In this document: positions 22,518-28,793 of the stretch, one piece after another | Position numbering within the stretch: the first letter of the stretch is position 1 | Layout: each line of letters starts with the position of its first letter | NCBI GenBank assembly: GCA_016432445.1 | Contig: CP066689.1 | Location: 1,050,001-1,082,000, forward strand | DNA from: Candidatus Saccharimonadota bacterium | GTDB lineage: Bacteria; Patescibacteriota; Microgenomatia; UBA1406; GWC2-37-13 | Direction: 5' to 3' | Length of the DNA: 32,000 nucleotides | Translations under genes and position numbers: made by a program | The notes under the pieces: generated by a model | Database searches by the model: none | What the model was told of the DNA's origin: nothing | Seen by the model: the letters and a program-made list of their open reading frames with translations, nothing else

Positions 22518-23987
22518 ATGAGAAAAAAACATCTCTGCTCTAAGATTATTCTTTTAGTGATATTTGTTTCTGTCTTTAGCGTTTTCTTCTTCACCAAACC
22601 AAAAAAAGTAGATACTGCAAATTTTACCAATTCTTATGCTCTTTTAAGTAACTCACGACTTTCCTACCGCGCTGGTGTTGGCAATACTACTGCTTCAGGC
22701 GATACCTTTATAACTATTGACTCTTCTGGAAATCCTGACAATAACACTAATCATTTGTTCCCTGGAGATACAGTTTGTTTTGAAGATACTTCTTTAAGCG
22801 CTCCCTGTAGAGAAAGCCGATCAGTTGCAAATATAATCAGCACTACGAGTTTCAATACCTCAACTGGCGCCACTGTGGCTTTGGCCGCCACTGACCTGGT
22901 GATTGTTAAACAGACTGGAAGCCTCACCATAAATTTTTTTACTGCCTCAGAAGTACCTGTTGGCGGAGATCTTTTGGTTACTGTACCGGCCGTAAATTCA
23001 ACCGCTACTAATGATACTTATCCAGATAGTGCCTCAACTGTGGCTGTTAATGGTTTTGATTTAAACGGAGTAGCTGCTGGTGACGTCTCAATTTCAGGTG
23101 GTTGTACCCCTGCTAACTGGGGCAGTGCCACAGTTACAGCCGGAGACGCCAGCAACGACCACACTATCAGATTTGATCGAGTAACGACAGCTTGTTCAGC
23201 ATCAATAGGTATCACTATAACTATTGATGCCTCCCCTGGTTTGCTTAACCCGGCTCCAATAACGTCCGGACATACTCAAGGCGGAGCTGATGTTTACACA
23301 ATAAATGTCAAAAGCCGTGATTCAAGCGACGCCACTATTGATCAAATTGATATTAAAGTAGCGCCGGTTGAGGCTGTATTTGTTTCAGCCACTGTTGATG
23401 AGTCACTGGCTTTTACTATAGCTTCTGTAGGGGTGGGCACAACTGTTTGCGGTCAAGTCGCTGATGTCGCCACTACTGCTATGACTGTACCGTGGGGTAC
23501 TATTTCTACGGCTAACACATTTTCTGAAGCGGCTCAACAGCTGACTGTCTCAACCAACGCAGATGGCGGCTATATCGTGAGAATTGAAGAAAATGACCAG
23601 ATGGGTAAAGATGGGGTAGCCTGTAGTGGCGCTTCGGCTGATGAATCAGTCAACTGTATTAAAGATACTCTCTGCGGCAGTAGCAACTGTTCAGAAAGTA
23701 CTTCTCAAGACTGGACTGATGCCTCAACCTATCAAGGATTAGGCTACTCTATTGAGAATGTCGACGGCACTGATGGCGCTTTTACTTATAGTGAATCTTC
23801 ACGGACATTCTCATCTAGACAATTAGCTGATCAAGAAGCTAGTGAAACTAAAGCTACTATTATGTCCAGTGCCACCCCTGTAAACTCAAAAGATATTTAC
23901 GTCTGCTACCGTATTGCCGTATCAGCTACTCAACCAGCCGGATATTATTATAATAAAGTTAAGTACACAGCCACAGCCACATTTTAA
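22518..23987 (+). CDS. secreted beta-rich surface protein (large paralog of 17278-18033)
   Basis: It has a signal/TM N-terminus, a Thr/Ser/Ala/Val-rich beta-type composition, a Cys-rich loop (CSGASADESVNCIKDTLCGSSNCSES) and a terminal QPAGYYYNKVKYTATATF. It is driven by TTGACA-17-TTTAAT. Confidence 0.55.
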   Translation: MRKKHLCSKIILLVIFVSVFSVFFFTKPKKVDTANFTNSYALLSNSRLSYRAGVGNTTASGDTFITIDSSGNPDNNTNHLFPGDTVCFEDTSLSAPCRESRSVANIISTTSFNTSTGATVALAATDLVIVKQTGSLTINFFTASEVPVGGDLLVTVPAVNSTATNDTYPDSASTVAVNGFDLNGVAAGDVSISGGCTPANWGSATVTAGDASNDHTIRFDRVTTACSASIGITITIDASPGLLNPAPITSGHTQGGADVYTINVKSRDSSDATIDQIDIKVAPVEAVFVSATVDESLAFTIASVGVGTTVCGQVADVATTAMTVPWGTISTANTFSEAAQQLTVSTNADGGYIVRIEENDQMGKDGVACSGASADESVNCIKDTLCGSSNCSESTSQDWTDASTYQGLGYSIENVDGTDGAFTYSESSRTFSSRQLADQEASETKATIMSSATPVNSKDIYVCYRIAVSATQPAGYYYNKVKYTATATF

Positions 23988-23993
23988 TAAATT

Positions 23994-25001
23994 ATGAGAA
24001 ATATAATTAATCTAATTTTTATAATAGTTATAACCTTTATAACTGTTATACAGGCGACTGAAGCGAAGGCTCAAGCTACTCAAATGCTTCAGGTTGCCCC
24101 AGCGCGCCAGGAAATTACTTTAAACCCGGGTGAACAGGCCTCAATAGTAGTAAAATTTTATAATTTTAACGAAACTCCTGTCGCAGGCATTGTTAAGGTT
24201 GCTGACTTTGAAGTCACTGATTCTGACGGCACAGTCAGGATTATTGATACGGCCTCACAGGCTTCACCAAAGTTCTCTGCTTCTCAATGGTTTACTATTG
24301 CCAATGAAAAAGTCATCATTTTCCCTCAAGATAAAGTTACAGTTCAGGCGCAAATAAATGTCTCTACTGATGCTCGCCCAGGAGGAAGGTATGCGGCCGT
24401 ATATTTTGAACCCGCAGAATCTGTATCTCAGCCTGTAAACATTGGTAAAAGTGCCTCAACAGGCATTGCCTCAAGAATCGCCTCACTTATCTATATCAGA
24501 GTTCCTGGAGATACTTTTGAAAAAGCCCTAATTTCACGTTTTTTTGCTTCTTCTTTTCTTGAAAATGGACCTATTAATGTTGAGACTGAGATTCTAAACC
24601 GCGGTGATTACCACATTAGGCCAAAAGGATTTGTCAGCCTAACTGATATGTTTAGCAATGTTCAGGCTCAGGAAAAAATTAAAGAGCATAATATCTTTCC
24701 TGATGCCTCAAGAACCTATAAAAACTCTCTCGGTTCCAAATGGATGCTTGGACGCTATCGACTTGATCTTACTTCCTCTTACGGAGACAAAGCTCAGGTC
24801 ATGACCCGCTTTATTTATGTCTGGGTCTTCCCTTGGAAAATAGCCTTAGCTATAGTTTTGGCTCTCATACTGTTTATAGTCTTTGGAAAAAATATTTATA
24901 AAAAAATAGTTGTTAAAGAAGCTGTCCTTGAAGCCGAGGTTAAAAAAGAAAAAGAAGAGATAGAAGAACTGAAAAAAGAGTTGCGTAAAAAAAATGACTA
25001 A
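23994..25001 (+). CDS. signal-anchored Ig-like/chaperone-like protein (DUF916-like), paralog of 18036-19028
   Basis: The signal peptide is nearly identical to that of the paralog (IQATEAKAQ). Also present: APARQEITLNPGEQ, RPGGRYAAVYF, and a C-terminal TM followed by a K/E-rich coil. Confidence 0.5.
   Translation: MRNIINLIFIIVITFITVIQATEAKAQATQMLQVAPARQEITLNPGEQASIVVKFYNFNETPVAGIVKVADFEVTDSDGTVRIIDTASQASPKFSASQWFTIANEKVIIFPQDKVTVQAQINVSTDARPGGRYAAVYFEPAESVSQPVNIGKSASTGIASRIASLIYIRVPGDTFEKALISRFFASSFLENGPINVETEILNRGDYHIRPKGFVSLTDMFSNVQAQEKIKEHNIFPDASRTYKNSLGSKWMLGRYRLDLTSSYGDKAQVMTRFIYVWVFPWKIALAIVLALILFIVFGKNIYKKIVVKEAVLEAEVKKEKEEIEELKKELRKKND
24021..24052 (+). repeat. NON-E 9-nt array encoding a signal-peptide core
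   Basis: ATAATAGTTATAACCTTTATAACTGTTATACA is translated as IIVITFITVIQ. Confidence 0.8.
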
Positions 25002-25923
25002 TAGTCTTACTCTAATCCTTCTAATCCCCTTAATCCTCCTACTCCCTTTCCCAATATCTGCTGCGTTGCCTCCTCAATCTTCGACTATTCAAGTCTCCGT
25101 CTCAATTGGAGAATACCAGTTCACGCTTTATGGACAGACTTCACCTAGTGCTTTAGTCTCAATTCAGGGTATGGGTATATATGATCAAACCACAGCTGAC
25201 AATGATGGTAATTTTGTGTTTGTAAACCGTTTCTCCCCTTTTTCGCCGCGTGAAGCTTGTATAACTGCTCAGGATCAGTTTGGCAGAAACTCAGCCCCGA
25301 CCTGTCTTCCCCCTTTCCCAACCCGCTACAACGTCACTGTTGGACCGGTTCTTATGCCGGCCACTCTTTCTCTTGATAAAAACGACTATTTTTTGGGTGA
25401 TGAGATAGTTTTGAGCGGACAAACTATCCCCAACAGCGAGGTTAATCTTTCTATGTTTGCTGCAGATACATCTTTATCAAAATATCTGGCATTAACCCCG
25501 ATTGGATCAAAATCAATTTTAAAACGGGAAATCGTCAAATCTGCCCCTGCAATTAAGCTACCTGAGTATAAAACTAAGTCTGATGACAAAGGCAACTTTT
25601 CTATTTCCTTACCGTCATCTAAAACTTCTGACTACCGTTTATTCACTCAGACTGCTGTAGGTAAAGATAAATCACCTAAAAGTATTATCTTAAATCCTTC
25701 AGTTTTACCTTGGTGGATGATTATCTTCAAGTATTTTCTTTTTATCTGGAATATAATACGGCCAAGACTGCTGGAAATTATAATTATTATTGAGATTGCG
25801 GCAACTACCTATTATATTTTCACTCATTATCTTCACCATAAAAAAATAAGAACGCTGATGGTGAGAGAAAAACATGAGATACAAATTACAAAATCCAAAT
25901 GTCAAATGACAAATATCAAATGA
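24994..25923 (+). CDS. secreted/anchored protein with two CarboxypepD_reg-like beta-sandwich repeats
   Basis: It overlaps the upstream stop by 8 nt. Two copies of the G-Q-T-x-P-x-x-x-V...D-x-x-G-N-F pattern are present, with a C-terminal TM. The last ~12 codons are read from heptamer repeats. Confidence 0.5.
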   Translation: MTNSLTLILLIPLILLLPFPISAALPPQSSTIQVSVSIGEYQFTLYGQTSPSALVSIQGMGIYDQTTADNDGNFVFVNRFSPFSPREACITAQDQFGRNSAPTCLPPFPTRYNVTVGPVLMPATLSLDKNDYFLGDEIVLSGQTIPNSEVNLSMFAADTSLSKYLALTPIGSKSILKREIVKSAPAIKLPEYKTKSDDKGNFSISLPSSKTSDYRLFTQTAVGKDKSPKSIILNPSVLPWWMIIFKYFLFIWNIIRPRLLEIIIIIEIAATTYYIFTHYLHHKKIRTLMVREKHEIQITKSKCQMTNIK

Positions 25924-25973
25924 ATGTTTGAATTTTTTTTGAAATTTGACATTTGGCATTTGAGCTTTGAATC
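25881..25973. repeat. HEP-A hairpin at the convergent junction 24994-25923 / 26020-26433
   Basis: CCAAATGTCAAAT (25895-25907) pairs perfectly with ATTTGACATTTGG (25944-25956), a 13-bp stem. The left arm encodes the tail KSKCQMTNIK. Confidence 0.85.
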
Positions 25974-26019
25974 TTAATATTGAGGCTTAACAGAGCCTTA
26001 AAGATTGAATTAACGTTCG

Positions 26020-26433
26020 TTAATTAAAGCTTACGTGTGCTTTTTGATTTAATGAAGTATCCTCTACTTTAACGCTAACATAATATTCTCCTGCTTGATT
26101 GGCAGTTACATCAAAAACTGATTTACCTAAGTTATCACTTAATCCCTGTATTGCTTCTATACTCAAATGAGGAACAGGCTCGAGAGTTACTTTCTTTCCC
26201 ATCACGCCCAATCCTTGATTGTTTAGTATGAAAACAGTGATACGTATCTTCTCTTGGCCATTGGCCTTGGCCTGTAAAGGACTGACAAAAATATAAGAAT
26301 TATCGGCTGAAAATGAATAACGGCTGACATCAGCCCGGCCAACCATATACTGAGTTTCATAAAACCAAAAGAAACCTGAGAAAGAAATAAGAACAACTAA
26401 AACCATTAATACATAAAAAAATTTCCTGTTCAT
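26020..26433 (-). CDS. membrane-anchored bacterial Ig-like domain protein
   Basis: N-terminal TM followed by a Big-like pattern (KIRITVFILNNQGLGVMGKKVTLEP...VTANQAGEYYVSVKV). I prefer the ATG at 26433 (TATATT 7 nt upstream) over the TTG at 26472. Confidence 0.5.
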   Translation of the reverse strand: MNRKFFYVLMVLVVLISFSGFFWFYETQYMVGRADVSRYSFSADNSYIFVSPLQAKANGQEKIRITVFILNNQGLGVMGKKVTLEPVPHLSIEAIQGLSDNLGKSVFDVTANQAGEYYVSVKVEDTSLNQKAHVSFN

Positions 26434-26690
26434 AATATTAAATATAACATATATTAAAAAAAACAAGGCCAATTGTCATTTAACGCTTCGGATTGATCTG
26501 ATCTGGAAACTTTGTGAAGTCGTCCCGACGTGGCGTCTTTACAGATGATTAAAACAAATTTTACATTTATCAAAATAAACATACGTCTGCTAAAAATTAA
26601 AAAAAAAGCTATAGCTTATTCCATAGACTTGAAACTTAATCAAGTTAACCTGGTGATAAATATTACTTGCAGACGTTAATTTTAAAATAA

Positions 26691-26796
26691 GAATTTCAAA
26701 TGTCAAATTTCAAATTCCAAATCAAATCCAAAATCCAAATAACTAAATTACTTAACCTTAGTTGATATTTGAAATTTGAGCTTTGACATTTGATTT
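26691..26796. repeat. HEP-A inverted arrays, longest intergenic copy
   Basis: The left arm has about eight CAAATNN units (TTTCAAATGTCAAATTTCAAATTCCAAATCAAATCCAAAATCCAAAT). The right arm reads GATATTTGAAATTTGAGCTTTGACATTTGA. Confidence 0.9.
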
Positions 26797-26848
26797 TTAT
26801 CTAAAATTTCTTGTGGCTAACCATGGAGGAAATCATACAAACGTGTAT

Positions 26849-26876
26849 GTAGGTAACGCAGATCTGCGTCCCTTAC
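26849..26876. repeat. PAL28 variant GTAGGTAACGCAGATCTGCGTCCCTTAC, intergenic
   Basis: 28 nt with 11 Watson-Crick pairs, 1 GU pair and 2 mismatches. It has the same terminal GTAGG...CCTTAC as the family. Confidence 0.7.
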
Positions 26877-27053
26877 GAATATCATATTATACGCCCAAAA
26901 TACTACAAGATACTTGATATCTTTCTATATATTAAGGACATTGAAATAATTTCACGTTAAATAAAATAAATACAATTAAATTATTTTATAGGCCTTATAG
27001 TGCCAGCTCCCGAATCTGTAAATAACTATATCACAATACTACCAAAATACCTC

Positions 27054-27083
27054 TTGACAACCTTTTTATAATTGTAATAGTAT
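27054..27083 (+). promoter_or_regulatory. promoter TTGACA-18-TAGTAT, 8 nt upstream of the ATG at 27092
   Basis: TTGACA at 27054-27059 and TAGTAT at 27078-27083. Confidence 0.4.
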
Positions 27084-27091
27084 GAGAGTGT

Positions 27092-27637
27092 ATGCAACTA
27101 CAGTATAATCAGTATAATTTTGAATCTTCTTTTAAAAACTATTTACTTGCGGAAAAAGTAAAACCTGTTACTTTAAAAAATTATCTGTCCGATTTAAGAC
27201 ATTTTTTGGGGTGGTTAACAATCCCATCTCACATCAATGTAGGGACAGGTCGCGACCTGTCCCTACCAGATGAAACGTCATTCATCACCCAAAATCTGAC
27301 CTTAGAAACCCTTGAAAATTACAAGCAGTATCTTATATCAAACAACCTGCCTTTACTAACTGTAAACCGCCGCCTCTCTACTCTTCGTAAGTTTTGCACC
27401 TTTTGTATTTCTCAAGGATGGATGAAGGAGAACCCAGCGAAAAAAATTTCAAATGTCAAATTTCAAATGTCAAGTGCAGGGGTCGGGCGTGACCGACCCG
27501 AGACAATGGATGAGGCAAATATCGGATATGTATTAAAAAAATATAAAACATTCATTGAAAAAGAAGGCCTTTCCAACAATCAAATCGATAAAAATATTAC
27601 AGACGTGAAGGATTTTTTACAAATTATAAATTCATAA
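27092..27637 (+). CDS. tyrosine-recombinase N-terminal SAM-like (core-binding) domain protein, no catalytic domain
   Basis: FKNYLLAEKVKPVTLKNYLSDLRHFLGWL and NYKQYLISNNLPLLTVNRRLSTLRKFCTFCISQGWMKENPA fit the Phage_int_SAM pattern. There are no R..HxxR..Y catalytic residues. Three different repeat families are inserted in frame. Confidence 0.5.
   Translation: MQLQYNQYNFESSFKNYLLAEKVKPVTLKNYLSDLRHFLGWLTIPSHINVGTGRDLSLPDETSFITQNLTLETLENYKQYLISNNLPLLTVNRRLSTLRKFCTFCISQGWMKENPAKKISNVKFQMSSAGVGRDRPETMDEANIGYVLKKYKTFIEKEGLSNNQIDKNITDVKDFLQIINS
27239..27266. repeat. PAL28 perfect copy, in frame in the integrase-N-domain ORF
   Basis: The same 28-mer, translated as VGTGRDLSL. Confidence 0.95.
27445..27473 (+). 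repeat. HEP-A array, in frame in the integrase-N-domain ORF
   Basis: AAATTTCAAATGTCAAATTTCAAATGTCAA encodes ISNVKFQMS. Confidence 0.9.
27480..27499. repeat. GC hairpin GGGTCGG-GCGTGA-CCGACCC, in frame in the integrase-N-domain ORF
   Basis: A 7-bp perfect stem translated as GVGRDRP, in the same ORF as the VGTGRDLSL-encoding PAL28 copy. A single copy was seen. Confidence 0.5.
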
Positions 27638-27814
27638 AAATATGATACAGCTAACCTCGTTTGTCGGTAAAGGTTTGGGAACTTTAAGATTTTTATTGGA
27701 TCCTGCGGTTGAAGGAAATCCTTACGGATCTTCATTTCATAAAAGAAAAAAACAAACCACGGATAAACCAAGGACACCTCTTTTTCGAAGAAGATTGGCC
27801 TGGCGTTAATAAAT

Positions 27815-27858
27815 CCCCTCTTGTAAGAGGGGTCCGGCCATTGGCCGGGGGGTGTTTT
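27815..27858. repeat. composite GC hairpin element: CCCCTCTT-GT-AAGAGGGG + CCGGCCATTGGCCGG + GGGGTGTTTT
   Basis: It has the same three-part architecture as 28857-28912. The second hairpin has a different sequence but is still palindromic. Confidence 0.75.
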
Positions 27859-28079
27859 CTTATGAAAACCATAAAACATATCTGGAATAAATGGGAAGGC
27901 TTAATAGCTTCGCTCATTTTGTGGCTTTCCAAAAAGACTAGATACAATGTAGATAATGAAAAAACGGATCATTTTATCACTTACCCCAACAAAAGTGCTA
28001 ACATTTTTCAAATTTTTTTCAATGCAGTTTCCAAGCTCCAATCCGTGAGAATCAGCTTTAAATCCGTTTTAATCTCTAT

Positions 28080-28721
28080 ATGAAAAATCAAAAGAAACAA
28101 ACCCCACTTCGTCTCGTTAAGCAAGACTACGCGGGGCAAGCAATTTACGCTTTTATCGACAGCCAGAATGTCAATCTGGCAATCAAAGACCAGGGCTGGG
28201 CACTCGATTTCGCCAGATTTAAAATATATTTAAAAGATAAATATCACGTTTCAAAAGCCTATTTGTTTATCGGCTTAATCCCAGGTAATCAAAAACTTTA
28301 TGATTTTCTTAAAAAAGCCGGATATATCCTTTTTTTCAAACCAACGCTGGAAATTAAAGACGGAAAAACTAATAAGATTAAAGGGAATGTGGATGCAGAA
28401 TTAGTACTACATTCAATGATTGAGTACCCTAACTATGATAAGGCCATCATCGTAACGGGTGATGGAGACTTTTATTGCTTAGTGGAATATTTGTTACAGA
28501 AAAATAAACTATTACGGGTAATCATACCTAATATAACTAAGTATTCCCGACTATTCTACAAATTTAATCCTTACTTGGCTTTTATGAATAACTTAAAAAA
28601 TAAGCTGGAGCATAAAAAAAGAGAGGCGTCACTTAGGCATGAAAGCCTTCAGTTGTCCTCTCATCGTAATAATATAAATATACCAAAAATTAAAAAGAAG
28701 TCAAGCACAAAAAATGTCTGA
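28080..28721 (+). CDS. NYN-domain (LabA/DUF88-like, PIN-fold) nuclease-like protein
   Basis: AFIDSQNV, KGNVDAELVL and IIVTGDGDFYCLVEYL match the conserved acidic positions of NYN domains. Confidence 0.75.
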   Translation: MKNQKKQTPLRLVKQDYAGQAIYAFIDSQNVNLAIKDQGWALDFARFKIYLKDKYHVSKAYLFIGLIPGNQKLYDFLKKAGYILFFKPTLEIKDGKTNKIKGNVDAELVLHSMIEYPNYDKAIIVTGDGDFYCLVEYLLQKNKLLRVIIPNITKYSRLFYKFNPYLAFMNNLKNKLEHKKREASLRHESLQLSSHRNNINIPKIKKKSSTKNV

Positions 28722-28793
28722 ACCGGCGCGCGCGCCCATCCAGACAAGTTAATAACAGTTTACAAAAAAAATTATTATTTGTCAAGAACGAAT

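Noticed and set aside
22518-25923. Possible diversity-generating retroelement target (a variable C-terminal region of a surface protein), since such loci are common in small-genome bacteria.
   Set aside because: There is no reverse transcriptase or Avd-like ORF in the window. I could find no template/variable repeat pair (a ~100-nt near-identical duplicate differing at A positions).
25705-25959. The minus-strand ORF 25705-25959 (84 aa).
   Set aside because: It overlaps the 3' end of the better-supported plus-strand gene and the HEP-A hairpin. Its N-terminus (MPNVKFQKKFKHSFDICHLTF) is repeat-derived.
27580-28083. Three mutually overlapping ORFs: 27709-28083 (+), 27580-27879 (-) and 27732-27947 (-).
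   Set aside because: None has a recognisable domain. They overlap each other and are partly read from GC hairpin repeats (SPLVRGVRPLAGG). Only the 27862-28083 sub-ORF has any support, namely N-terminal similarity to the giant protein, and that is more consistent with a gene remnant.
28722-28740. The alternating GC tract CCGGCGCGCGCGCC after the NYN stop as an intrinsic terminator.
   Set aside because: It is a 12-nt palindrome with essentially no loop and no downstream T-run. It may be a Z-DNA-prone tract or another mini hairpin element, but it is not a convincing terminator.
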